Assembly (NCBI RefSeq): GCF_004010195.1
Contig: NC_057718.1
Location: forward strand, 28,111,780 to 28,175,779
Direction: 5' to 3'
Origin: Chiloscyllium plagiosum
Lineage: Eukaryota
DNA: 64,000 nucleotides
The translations under genes and the position numbers were made by a program. Positions 1 to 11,432 of the stretch are shown here, piece after piece. Position 1 is the first letter of the stretch, and every line of letters begins with the position of its first letter. The notes beneath the pieces were generated by a model. That model worked only from the letters and a program-made list of their open reading frames with translations, made no database searches and was not told where the DNA came from.

Positions 1-420
1 CTCCCAGCCTTGATGGGCTCTCAGCCTTGCTGGACTCCTAGCCTTGATGGTCTCCCAGCCTTGATGGACTCCGGCCTTGATGAGCTCTCAGCCCTGATGA
101 ACTCTGGTCTTGATGGACTCCCAGGCTTGATGGACTCCCAGCCTTGATGGGCTCCTAGCCTTGATGGACTCCTAGCCTTGATGGCCTCCGGTCTTGGTGG
201 ACTCCAGCCTTGATGGACTCCTAGCCTTGATGGACTCCCAGCCTTGATGGACTCCCAGCCTTGATGGCCTCCGGCCTTGGTGGACTCCAGCCTTGATGTA
301 CTCTCAGCCTTGATGGACTCTCTGCCTTGATGGACTCTGGTCTTGATAGACTCCCAGCCTTGATGGACTCCGGCCTTGATGGACTCCGGCCTTGATGGAC
401 TCCTAACCTTGATGAAGCTC
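1..420. repeat. Minisatellite, 16-17 bp unit (consensus ~ctcccagccttgatgga), runs off the window start
   Basis: About 25 consecutive copies of the core 'gccttgatgga' with variable ctccc/ctccg/ctcct spacers; explains ORF 21..422. Confidence 0.95.
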
Positions 421-651
421 ATTGTGGACTTTCAGTCTCGAGGTGAAGCCCTGCCTCTAATACTCAGCCTCTAAACTTTTACCTGTTTTCACTTTTATAA
501 TTTATACCAAGATTTTGTACCTAGGTATCTTTGTACCTAAAATGGCACAGGAAATGTCAACTTTGCACAGTTTTTGTTGTACTTATGTATCCCTATACTT
601 GAATAAATGTGACTATAAACTAAATCCTAATTCTAGTTCTAATTCTAATTC
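1..651 (+). mobile_element. 3' part of a VNTR-containing non-autonomous retroelement with Rex1/Babar-like tail
   Basis: 510-651 (gtacctaaaatggcac...ttgtacttatgtatccctatacttgaataaatgtgactataaa + (ttctaa)n) resembles 9110-9217 and the Rex1/Babar 3' end at 19437-19500. Confidence 0.5.
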
Positions 652-1665
652 GAAGAAGAGTACAGGAGCAGAAGGACCTGAGTATATACGTGCACATTAA
701 ACACGCAGGACAGATAGTGGGAAGAATACAGAATACAGTATCCTGTGATGATGCTGCTCCTTTAACAAGGTTATGTTGTCATTGGCTTTTTTTCAGAGCA
801 GTTGGAAAGACATAGGTTCTGGGGTGTTTAGTGTGAATGGGATTTAGGGCCAATTTGATTATAGCTAACAGATACTGCCTCAGGAAAAGGTTTTTATGTT
901 TAAAAATAACCACTTGTAAATGAAAGGAGAGTGGCCAGTTTTCCCAGCTCAGCTTTTCTGGGTTGGGTTGGGTTGGTTTGGTTTGGTTTGGTCTTAGCTA
1001 GCAGTCAGTTTTTTTTTGATGCTGCTGGTCAAAGAGAGAGTTACATTGAAGAGTTTCAGCAAGGCTTCCATGCTGAATCTCTCTGCCATCTCTCTCTTTA
1101 TCCTGTAAGACCCTGTGTTTGATTTTACCTTTTTTTACTAAAGGGTATGGATGGGGATTGTTGCAGGAATTTGGAACAGCATCATTAAATTGGGATAGTC
1201 TGTGGGTTATTAGATAGGTTAAGTTATTCTGCATTTTGTTCTCTTTTGTTTGTATTACATTCAGTACTCTGTTAATAAATTGTTTTGCTTAAAACTGTGA
1301 GGTTTTGTCCACCTCTATCACTCCTGGAATACTGTGCATCTGCTCAAAACAACTAGAAATGTTAGAGTCTGGGCTACCTTCTTGAAATGTTATGAGGGGA
1401 TCGAGCCTGGTCCATAACAATCTCAGCTTTATTAGTAGAATCTTGAAGTACAAGAGCAAGGAAGAGATGTTGAACTTGTAAAAGACACTTGTTAGACCTC
1501 AGCTGGGGTACGGTGTACAATGATGGGCACTGCATTATGGGAAGGACATGAACACATTGGAGAAAATGAGAAGAGATTTACAGGAATGGTTCGAGGAATG
1601 AGGGACTTCAATTATCAGGACGGATTAAAGACATTAGGACCGTACTGTTTGGAGAGAAGAAGGCA
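652..1665 (+). mobile_element. CR1-type LINE 3' fragment split by a solo LTR
   Basis: CR1 ORF2 C-terminal text (gagtacaagagcaagga, ttgttagacctcagctgg; ORF 1520..1807 'KRFTGMVRGMRDFNYQD') continues on both sides of 744-1419. Confidence 0.75.
744..1419 (+). mobile_element. Solo LTR (Gypsy/ERV-type)
   Basis: Starts TGTGATG and ends CATAACA; near-perfect 4-bp TSD atcc (740-743) / atct (1420-1423); AATAAA near 1273; interrupts CR1; related sequence at 63322-64000. Confidence 0.7.
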
Positions 1666-2449
1666 GAGAACAGAGAAAAGCAAAGCTAACATTTCAAGTC
1701 CCGTTACTTTCATTTGGAATGGAATGCTCTGTGTAGAAATCTTATACCGAAATTTTTTCATAACTATTCCCTTTGGTTTGCATCCATTACTCAGGGTAAT
1801 TTCATAAAGTCTACCCTGTATTCTTGAATATCACTAATAAATACTTGTTTCTCTCCTGTTATGTCTACAATAACTGCTGCCTTTGACTAAGGAGCTCTTC
1901 AAAGTGTTTAATCACACTGGAGGCATTTCATCATGTTTTGGAGATACTTCTGTCTCAATACAACTTGCTTTGTTTCTTCGATTAGATCAGACACCAGTTC
2001 AGTCAATGTATCACAGTGACCTGCTGCTTATCTTACTCTGCAATGTTTCGGGTTGAGATCATGCTGTGCAGTTTGTGACATCTGCCTGAAACTGGTTAAT
2101 GTAGACTGCACAAGCTGCTACTCAGAATCCAGCAAATATGAATCAGTTTTCCAGTTGCACACAGTGCTTCTGATCCAGGAGAGAAAACTATGCTGAGCCG
2201 TGGTTTTCAAGGTGATTTATTTTGCAATATTTTACAAAAATCTAACTGTCAAAAAATGTTTCCTACAAGTCCCTACATTAAATATTATAATTGCACACTG
2301 AAATGGAAATTGCAGAGAGAACTTCATTTAGATCTCCTCCATTTACACCTCCTCCATTTAGAAGATTTTTAGAAAGTTTATAGTACTGAAGGAGATGAAT
2401 CAGCCCATTGCATTTGTGGCAATTCATCGTTAGAGCTCAGTTTAGTTTC

Positions 2450-2660
2450 AGTTGGTTTAGCTCAGTTGGTGGGAAAGCTGGTTTGCAATACAGCATGAGA
2501 CTATCAGTATAAGTTCAGTTCCCACACCAGCTGAGGTTATCATGAAGGGGTCTCCCCTCAATGTGAGGCATGGTGACTTGCAGGTTAAACCTACACGAGT
2601 TATCTTTGTCTCTAATATCAGAATAGCTCTATGGTCTGATAAGACTAGGGTGACTCTACC
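2450..2660 (+). mobile_element. tRNA-derived SINE (non-HE1 family)
   Basis: A-box-like 'tagctcagttgg', B-box-like 'agttcagttccc'; reverse-complement copy at 11433-11635. Confidence 0.65.
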
Positions 2661-2839
2661 ATTCCCTGTTAAAAGCTAATGTTGATTCTGCTTTCACTAC
2701 TGATGTACTTTGTGGTTTTCTATATGTTATTCCACAAAACGTATACCAATGAAAATTGGGTTCTTGAGTCAGATATCTTAAAGTTTATTAATGACAAAAC
2801 TAATTTATGTTGCTACAATATCCCAGACTTGCACATTTA

Positions 2840-3790
2840 GGGCGGAATTTTGTCCTTTGCAGTTTAAGTGCTGTGTCAAGTGAGATTCTTGGCACCTCAG
2901 AGTAACTTTTCTATTGTAATCTTCTACTCTTTCACTCTATAACAGGGGAGACAGTGGGTTAACAGTAATCCTGCTGGCCTCAGAATCCAGGCAAATACTC
3001 AGAACTAAGGATTCAAATCTCATCGTTATAGCTGATAGAATTTAAATATGATTAATAAACCTGGAATATCAAGCCCTATGGTAATCACAAAACCATTACC
3101 AAATGCTTCAGAAGCCTATTTCGTTCATTTGTCCTTTTGGGTAGAAGATATGCTGTCCTTATCTAGTCTGGCTGACATATCATTTCAGACCCACAGCAAC
3201 GTGGTTGACTCTTAACTGTCCTCTGAATTGGCCCAGTAAACCACTCAGTCCAAGGGCAGTTAGGACAGGCAACATATATTGATCTTGCCAACAATGCCCG
3301 TGTGCCAAGAAAGATAAAGAAAGATGATCCAGTTTGGCTGCTGAGTGTCTGTTCCATGGGATCACACAGTAGGAGAGGCTGGGAGGGTGGGCTCACCACT
3401 GCTAGGACCTTCTGGTATTCATGCTGCAGCTGCACACTACTACAGACACTGCACTCCAGGAACTGGCCCTCACTCTATGGTGCTGCACTATTATAGTACT
3501 GAAAAGAAAGCTTGCACCCTGCTTCATGAGCAGGATCCTGGAGGTCCTGGTGGAGAAGAGGGCCATCCTGTTGTGTTTGCAGACTGCCAGTGGAAACCAC
3601 AACACCAGACGCAACCAGCCTGGATCCGGACTCTAACCCGGATTCCGGGTGCAGGAAGATGCCCAGCAGTCCAGGAAGGGGGTCAGTGGTTTTTTGGGCC
3701 CCCGTAAGGGTAAACATAACCACCTTCTCTCTGCCACCTGGCACTCACAGGGACACCATTCAGTCCAACTCTGCTACTGCACGTGACTCT
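2840..3790 (+). mobile_element. Decayed PIF/Harbinger-type DNA transposon segment with Myb/SANT ORF remnant (SINE nested at 2945-3322)
   Basis: TIR-like 'gggcggaatttt' at 2840; frameshifted peptides KLAPCF..LEVLVEKRAIL / QHQTQPAW / AQQSRKGV..|GTAA resemble the Myb/SANT protein of vertebrate Harbingers; similar peptide at 23447-23670. Confidence 0.5.
2945..3322 (+). mobile_element. SINE with LINE-derived 3' tail
   Basis: B-box-like 'ggattcaaatctc'; body 'cagacccacagcaacgtggttgactcttaactg'; tail resembles the LINE tails at 7560-7625 and 56540-56600; partial copy at 14510-14610. Confidence 0.6.
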
Positions 3791-3959
3791 CACATCCATC
3801 GGTCGAAAGGATTTTGCTTTCACCTTTTGAACTGCGGATAGCTACCGAGCATTCAGGAATTGCTGCCTTTGGGCCATCCTGTATGTATTGCGGATGGCAG
3901 CTTTTTTGTTTACTTACATTTCAGGGGTCAGGCTTGAGCCTTCCTGGTTCACTGACTCT

Positions 3960-5686
3960 GCCAGGAACCCCCCACATACGTTCGAGACACCACCCACGCC
4001 CTCCACCTCCTCCAAGACTTCCGGTTCCCCTGCCCCCAACACCTCATCTTCACCATGGACATCCAATCCCTCTACACCTCCATCCGCCATGACCAGGGCC
4101 TCCAAGCCCTCCGTTTCTTCCTCTTCCGACGTCCCCAACAGTACCCTTCCACTGACACTCTCATTCGTTTGGCTGAACTGGTCCTCACCCTTAACAATTT
4201 CTCCTTTGAATTCTCCCACGTCCTCCAGACCAAAGGGGTAGCCATGGGCACCCGTATGGGCCCCAGCTATGCCTGTCTCTTTGCTGGCTACGTAGAACAG
4301 TCCATCTTCCGTAGTTACACTGGCACCACTCCCTCTTCCTCCGCTACATTGATGACTGCATCGGCGCCATCAACTTCACCAACACATTCCACCCCGACCT
4401 TACATTCATCTGGACCATCTCTGACACCTCCCTCCCCTTCCTGGACCTCTCCATCTCCATTAATGATGACCAACTTGACACTGACATTTTTTGCAAACCC
4501 ACCGACTCCCACAGCTATCTGAATTACATCTCTTCCCACCCTACCTCCTGCAAAAATGCTATCCCATATTCCCAATTCCTCCACCTCCACCGTATCTGCC
4601 CCCAGGAGGACCAGTTCCACCACAGAATACACCAGATGGCCTCCTTCTTTAGAGACCGCAATTTCCCTTCCCACGTGGTTAAAGATACCCTCCAACGCAT
4701 CTCGTCCACATCCCGCACCTCCGCCCTCAGACCCCACCCCTCCAACCATAACAAGGACAGAACCCCCCTGGTGCTCACCTTCCACCCTACTAACCTTCGC
4801 ATAAACCCAATCATCTGCCGACATTTCTGCCACCTCCAAACAGACCCCAGCACCAGAGATATTTTCCCTCCACCTTCCACAAAGAACGTTTCCTCCGTGA
4901 CTACCTGGTCAGGTCCATGCCCCCCCAACAACCCAGCCTCCCATCCTGGCACCTTCCCCTGCCACCGCAGGAATTGCAAAACCTGCGCCCACACCTCCTC
5001 CCTCACCTCCATCCAAGGCCCTAAAGGAACCTTCCACATCCATCAAAGTTTTACCTGCACATCTACCAATGTCATTTATTGTATCCGTTGCTCCCGATGC
5101 AGTCTTCTCTACATTGGGGAGACTGGACGCCTCCTAGCAGGGCGCTTTAGGGAACATCTCCGGAACACCCGCACCAATCAACCACACCTCCCTGTGGCCC
5201 AACATTTCTACTCCCTGTCACACTCTTCTGAGGACATGCAGGTTCTGGGCCTCCTCCACCGCCGCTCCCTTACCATCCGACGTCTGGAGGAAGAACGCCT
5301 CATCTTCTGCCTCGGAACACTTCAACCTCAGGGCATCAATGTGAACTTGACCAGTTTCCTCATTTCCCTTCCCCCCACCTTACCCCAGCTCCAACCTTCC
5401 AGCTCAGCACTGCCCTCATGATCGGTCCTACCTGCCAATCTCCCTTCCCACCTATCCGCTCCACCCTCCTCTCTGACCTATCATCTCCATCCCACCTCCC
5501 ATCCACCTATTGTACTCTTTGCTACCTTCTCCCCAGCCCCACTACCCCCCATTTATCTCTCCACCCTGGAGGCTTCCTGCATCTATTCCTGATGAATGGC
5601 TTTTGCCCGAAACATCGATTTTCCTGCTCCTCGGATGTTGCCTGACCTGCTGTGCTTTTCCAGCACCACACTGATCTAAACTCTGA
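3960..5686 (+). mobile_element. Penelope-like retroelement (5'-truncated): RT, GIY-YIG endonuclease and hammerhead-bearing 3' pLTR
   Basis: RT motifs MDIQSLYTSI, GVAMGTRMGPSYACLF; GIY-YIG NVIYCIRCSRCSLLYIGETGR; CTGATGA...GAAAC at 5589-5613. Confidence 0.9.
4055..5421 (+). pseudogene. Disrupted PLE RT / GIY-YIG ORF
   Basis: ORFs 4055..4522 and 4636..5421 are in different frames; the RT C motif (RYIDD, cgctacattgatgac ~4342) is out of frame with ORF 4055. Confidence 0.85.
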
Positions 5687-6829
5687 ATCATGATGGTCTA
5701 CATTTGCTGGAGCCATTGTAGCTACCTAATAACCTTTTCAAAGATGAACAGGGTTCCACCTCAAGCTGTCCAAGTTTAAGCACAAACCATAGTGCCCTCA
5801 AGAGGCCCAAGGTTCAGTTCAGAGTCAGGAAACTATCACTGGGTAAGGTTGGGGGGGGGGGTGCGGGGGGTGGTTGGTGGTGCGGGAGAGGTGAGGGGAG
5901 GTGGTGTGGGTTCCTCACTAGTTTACATCTGCTTCATTCCTTTCTGGCCCTGTAATTCTCATTCTAATGTTTTGAACTGTAAACACTATTCCTCTCTCTC
6001 TCACTTTTGATGTTGGATTTCTGCAGGGATCCTATATCTTTGACACAAACATTAGCACTGTAGCATAAACCAGAGTTACTGCCAATGAATGATCAGAACA
6101 ACCTTCTCAAAAAATCTAGTTTTTAAGACCTCTCAGGGTCTGTATTTGATGAGCTTTTCTACTTATAAAAGCAGACAGGCAGCCTCCGAATTGGTACTGT
6201 ACACGATTTTAGATTTGGACACTTAAGGTAACAGACTTTACATGTCTGAGTCTAATTTGTTATTATATAAAGAATATTGGCAGCAGTTGCCTCCCTATAC
6301 CATACACTGCACTGCCTAATGCTTTAACATAAAGCCAGAACAGAAAATGCAAAGCAGCCAAATCCACATCATTATGCAGGCTGTGTTAACACTGGAAATA
6401 AATCTTGCTTTGAAACCTAAAGCACTCAGGGTGCATAGTGAAGATCCCAAAGTTAAAACAAAGATTTTGCTTCAAAAGCAGTGATTGGTAATTGGTTGTA
6501 AAGGATCTGGGATGTCTTGAAATTGTGACAATCTTTCTTCAGGTGTGTAAATTTAGCCTTTCTGTAAGGTCAAAGGTAGTGAAGGAACATGTTGATCGTA
6601 ACGTGGGTGTGGCATAATATGCACAGGAATTGATCAGTCAGGGTGTCAGCTGAATATTTGCCAACGGACATGGGCATTGGGTGACTATCACCTACTCTAG
6701 GGTACCCATTGCCCTTGCAAGGATCTAATTCTCTTCAAAGATTTCAAATTACATAATCTTACACACTTTATCTACACGAGTAAGTAAGAGGATTAGACAT
6801 CTCTGGAGAACTTGCTTCCTGTCTCCCCA

Positions 6830-7625
6830 GATCCTGTCCATCATCTACAAAGTACAATTCAGGATTATGATGGAATACACTCCATTTGCCTGGATAAGTG
6901 AGAAATTTCCTCCCTGTTTTTAATTGCTCAGTTATCATTTATTTGTGGCATGTAACTTCTGCCTTCTATTGTGAAGATAATATTCAAGAAGCTTGACCAT
7001 TTTCAGACAGCACCTTCCAAACCCACAACCACTTCCATTGAAAAGAACAAGGGTAACAGATACATTGGAACACCACCCCCTGCAAGATTCCCTCCAAGCC
7101 AGTCAACATTAAGGCGGCTTAATGGTGGCTCAGTGGTTAGCACTGCTGCCTCACAGCGCCAGGGACCCGGGTTCAATTTCCACCTCAGGCGACTGACTGT
7201 GTGGAGTTTGCACGTTCTCCCTGTGTCTGCGTGGGTTTCCTCCGGGTGTTCCGGTTTCTTCCCACAGTCCAAAGATGTGCAGGTCAGGTGGATTGGCCGT
7301 GCTAAATTGCCTGTAGTGTTAGGTGGATTAGTCAGGGGTAAATTTGGGGGGGGTGTAGGTTTCTCTTCGGACGGTTGGTGTGGAATTGTTGGGCTGAAGG
7401 GCCTGTTTCCACACTGTAGGTAATCTAATCTAATCCTGACTTGAAAATATACCACAGTGCTGCTGGATCAAAATCCTGGAATTCCCTCTCTCAGGGTGTT
7501 ATAAGTTTAACTGCAGTAGTTCAAGAAGGCAGCACATCACCACCTTATCAAGGGAAACTGGAAATAGAGAAAATGCTGGTCTAGCCAACGACGCCCACAT
7601 CCCATGAATGAGTACGAGAAAATAA
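6830..7625 (+). mobile_element. 3' fragment of a second LINE family (CR1/L2 group) with nested HE1 SINE
   Basis: 'caattcaggattatgatggaatacactccatttgcctgg' and tail 'aatgctggtctagccaacgacgcccacatcccatgaatga'; homologous to 55930-56600 and 58420-58770. Confidence 0.65.
7112..7435 (+). mobile_element. HE1-type tRNA-derived SINE
   Basis: A box tggctcagtgg, B box ggttcaatttcc, central 'gtggagtttgcacgttctccc', CR1-like tail 'gaagggcctgtttccacactgta' + (taatc)n. Confidence 0.9.
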
Positions 7626-7949
7626 AATGTCACAATAATTACAAATCTTCTTTACCATGCTTACTAATTTGACTGTTCCAGTCAATACGAAGATTAAAGA
7701 CCCCCATTATAACTAAATTGCCTTTGTTACAAGCTCTCATCATTTCTTGTTTAATGCTCTGTCTAATGATATGGTTAGGGGGCCTATAGATGATTTCTAT
7801 AAACTGTTGAACGTCTGCAGTTCTTGGAATCCTACAGTTGTTTCAAATCATACACAGTATTACACCGGGAAGAGTCTATTGTTCATAATCAGACACGAAC
7901 AGAGAGATTTACTCAACTGATCCATGTCACTTTAAAATAGCCTTGCAAA

Positions 7950-8843
7950 TAAGCTGATAATATCAAGATGGTGGCAGCAGTGTAGGCAGTGTCTGGGCTC
8001 CTCAGCCCGGGGCTCATCCATTCTATCCATTTTTTCTTTTGTTTTTTTCTTGTACATCCTCTCTCTTTTATTTTAAGTTTCTCTTTTAGCGTTTTTGAAA
8101 AATGTAATTCAGGGCAGCAATACAGAACAGACTTAAGGCACGGTGCAGAGCTGGCTGGAGGCTCAAGTGGAACTGGGACAGCCAGCACACCCAGAGTGGG
8201 GAGCCAGCTGGGTGGAGGCCTGAGGGGAGCAGAGACGTGGGGCCTGAGGCCTGAGGAGCAAGGGGATGGTCAGTGGGACTGGAGGCCTGAGGGGAGAGGG
8301 ACGGCCAGTGGGGCTGGAGGCCTGAGGGGAGAGGGGATGGTCAGTGGGGCTGGAGGCCTGAGGGGAGTGGGGACAGTTAGTGGGGCTGGAGGCCTGAGGG
8401 GAGATGGATAGTCAGTGAGGCTGGTGGCCCGAGGGGAATGGGGCGGTTAGTGGGGCTGGAGGCCTGAGGGGAGTGGGATGGTCAGTGGGGCTGGAGGCCT
8501 GAGGGGAGAGGGACGGTCAGTGGGGCTGGAGATCTCAGGGGAGCGGGATGGTCAGTGGGTCTGGAGGCCTGAGGGGAGAGGGACGGTCAGTGGGGTTGGA
8601 GNNNNNNNNNNNNNNNNNNNNNNNNNNNNNNNNNNNNNNNNNNNNNNNNNNNNNNNNNNNNNNNNNNNNNNNNNNNNNNNNNNNNNNNNNNNNNNNNNNN
8701 NNNNNNNNNNNNNNNNNNNNNNNNNNNNNNNNNNNNNNNNNNNNNNNNNNNNNNNNNNNNNNNNNNNNNNNNNNNNNNNNNNNNNNNNNNNNNNNNNNNN
8801 NNNNNNNNNNNNNNNNNNNNNNNNNNNNNNNNNNNNNNNNNNN

Positions 8844-8893
<50 letters not shown>

Positions 8894-9217
8894 TGGTCAG
8901 TTTACCAGAACAGAGACAGTTTTTGGACTGGGGACTAGTGCAGCTTGTGAGCCAAGTCAGACCACATGTGGAAGTCCCCGGTACTGATCCACGCCAGGCC
9001 CTTTATAGAAAGACTGTAGTGTTTAACTTTTCAACTTTATTTCTTAATTTTCTAACTTATATTATGAATAACTGTAAGGTATTTCTCTTTTTGTAACTTC
9101 AGATTTGTCAGTACTTTGACCCTCAGGTGGTGCCATCTGGCGTGACATTGTAAACTTTTCACTGTACTCCTGTACTTCTATACCAAATGCACGCGACCAT
9201 AAAGCAAATTCTAATCC
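7950..9217 (+). mobile_element. Composite VNTR element with Rex1/Babar-like ends
   Basis: 5' aagatggtggc at 7965; G-rich ~35-bp VNTR at 8210-8900; tail ttttcactgtac...gaccataaa; degenerate flanking repeat taaaatagccttgcaaa (7933-7949) / taaaatactctgcaaa (9218-9233). Confidence 0.55.
8210..8900. repeat. G-rich ~35-bp minisatellite (ggtcagtggggctggaggcctgaggggagagggat), interrupted by N gap 8602-8843
   Basis: About 10 visible copies before the gap; unit resumes 'gatggtcag' after it. Confidence 0.9.
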
Positions 9218-10020
9218 TAAAATACTCTGCAAAGGCACTGAAGGAGTGATGGTTCTCTGGGACTGAGTTTCAGTAAATGATGGCGATGGGAAACTTTGTT
9301 GAAATTTTGTTTCAATATTTGTGTTAAGAGCTTTCTAAGTGTAGTGTAAAGATACATTGTCTGGTTGTTTTCTTTCTTTTGTGTAACAAGGCTGTAGTGT
9401 GTTGTTAAAGAACAGCTGCAGCTGCGTGTGAATATGTTTCAATAACTAAGCACCATGGTGACTAACTATAACATTCAAATAAGATTGATCAATTACCATT
9501 TATGGGATCAGACTTGACCAGTATTATCATCAGCTGGGATTATAAAACATTACAATATGATATAATTGATAGACAACAGTTGTGATCAGAGTTTCTTGGT
9601 TCAATTGCTGATATACACATAATTTTAGAGAAAAGAAATACCCCAAACCATTTTTCCCACTGCTGCTAACTTATGTTCTTTACTCAAACCTCATTTTCAT
9701 GCTTTTTCACCTTAAGAGTTGCACTTACACCTTTTTGTTTAATAAAAATTGATTTTGTAGCTTTCCTAGAAATAGGAGCGAAAACAATTAGCTAAATTCA
9801 TACTGAGAGTCAGGAACAGGTTGACGTATTTACAAGGCAACCTAACATGATTTCTGAAGAAGTGTTATACAGGATTTGAAACATTAATTCTGTTTCTCTC
9901 TCCACAGATACTGCTGGACCTGTTGAGTTTCTCTAACATTCTCTATGTTTGTTTCAGATTTCCGGCAATCGTTGTATTTTGTTTTTATTATACTGTAGTG
10001 TGAATTATTATCTGTTTGAA

Positions 10021-10243
10021 GTTAAAAATCACACAACACCAGGTTATAGTCCAACAGGTTTAATTGGAAGCACTAGCTTTCGGAGCGACGCTCCTTCATC
10101 AGGTGCTCCTTCATCACAACCACCTGATGAAGGAGCAACACTCCGGAAGCTAGTGCTTTCAATTAAACCTGTTGGACTATAACCTGGTATTGTGTGATTT
10201 TTAACTTTGTACACCCCAGTCCAACACCGGCACCTCTAAATCA
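10021..10243. mobile_element. Fold-back PLE-derived mini-element (two inverted pLTR ends)
   Basis: 10021-10105 is the reverse complement of 10121-10205; TSD tatctgtttgaa (10009-10020 / 10244-10255); same tail as 32180-32300. Confidence 0.85.
10073..10102 (-). ncRNA. Minimal hammerhead ribozyme core
   Basis: Minus strand reads CUGAUGA-A-GGAGC-GUC-GCUCC-GAAA-GCUA: both conserved core boxes, a 5-bp helix II, and palindromic AGCU helix III ending in NUH (CUA). Confidence 0.7.
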
Positions 10244-10679
10244 TATCTGTTTGAAAGCAGGGTGCAAAAGATTTATATTTGCCTGTCTCAAAGCTAACCT
10301 GATTCTGACCATCATGATAAAATTATTAAACCGAATGTATTGCAAATGCATCACATCCTGTGAAACTATATAAAATACCATTCAATGTTACTATTCATAT
10401 GGAAATGCTGAAAATAGCAGGATGGGAAGGCAGCAGAATGGAAATGGTCAGCTATCTCAACTGTTATGTTGGTGTTTCATTGCCTCATTAGTTACTGCTA
10501 AAATGTCAGCTTTGAAAGAGTTTGGTAAATGGCATTGTAAGATACTTTAACTTTTACAGGTGAAAGCAGGACAGAACCATGTCAGTGTGACATTTAACTA
10601 TATTGCTTGGTCTGTGATTGGAGCAACTCTTACAGCTGCAATTTTATCCTGTCCTCCATCTTGGATTACCCAGGGAGTG

Positions 10680-11430
10680 TACAATAAGGGGATACAGTTT
10701 TGAAGTAAGGGGACTCCCATTAACAGTTGAGATGAGGAGGAATTTCTTCTCCAAGAGGATCATTAACTTAAGGAATTCTCTTACTCAGCGAGTAGTGGAG
10801 GCTGGTTTATTGATAATATTCAGGGTTGAGTGAGACAGATTCTGGATTGACAAGGGAATCAAACATTAAGTGGGGCAGACAGGAAAGTGGAGTTAAAACC
10901 ATAATCAGATCAGCCATTATCTTTTTGAGTAGTGAAGCAGGCTGGAAGGACTGAATGGAGAAAGTGAGGTCTGCAGATGCTGGAGATCAGAGATGGAAAT
11001 GTGTTGCTGGAAAAACGCAGCAGGTCAGGCAGCATCTAGGGAACAGGAGAATCGACGTTTCGGGCATTAGCCCTTCCTGAAGAAGGAAGGGCTAATGCCC
11101 GAATTAGAGTGTTAGGTAAGGGGTAAATGCAGGGGTATGGGTGGGTTGCGCTTCGGCGGGGCGGTGTGGACTTGTTGGGCCGAAGGGCCTGTTTCCACAC
11201 TGTAAATAATCTAATCTAATCTAATCTAGTCTAATCTAATCTAATCTAATCAAATCTAATCTAATCTAATCTAATCTAATCTAATCTAATCTAATTTCCA
11301 TCTCTGGAAGGCTAATCTAAAATAATCTAATCTAATCTAATCTAATCTAATCTAATCTAATCTAATCTAATCTAATCTAATTTCCATCTCTGGAAGGACT
11401 GAATGGCCTATTCCAGCTCTTATTTCTTAT
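10680..11430 (+). mobile_element. CR1 3' end with nested PLE/HE1 chimeric insert (10959-11389)
   Basis: CR1 text 'gagatgaggaggaatttcttctc' and tail 'gactgaatggcctattcc'; 17-bp duplication ctggaaggactgaatgg at 10942-10958 / 11390-11406. Confidence 0.75.
11205..11381. repeat. (TCTAA)n microsatellite, expanded HE1 tail
   Basis: Direct pentamer array after 'tttccacactgtaaa'. Confidence 0.95.
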
Positions 11431-11432
11431 GA

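Noticed and set aside
1..420. CRISPR-like repeat array
   Set aside because: Units are contiguous without unique spacers; eukaryotic context with no cas genes
21..422. 133-aa repetitive ORF
   Set aside because: Translation of a minisatellite with mixed 16/17-bp units; no codon-phase preservation
3795..3955. CpG-containing segment with a small hairpin (ccatcc...ggatgg) just 5' of the PLE
   Set aside because: No ribozyme core or family match that I can support; a 6-bp stem is expected by chance
3914..5039. Long minus-strand ORFs (101, 174, 171 aa)
   Set aside because: Antisense shadows of the C-rich PLE coding strand
7112..7190. tRNA-like sequences here and at other SINE heads
   Set aside because: A/B boxes continue into SINE bodies and LINE tails; not tRNA genes
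8844..8892. 49-nt poly-G, candidate G-quadruplex
   Set aside because: Abuts an N gap inside a G-rich VNTR; probably a sequencing or gap-filling artefact
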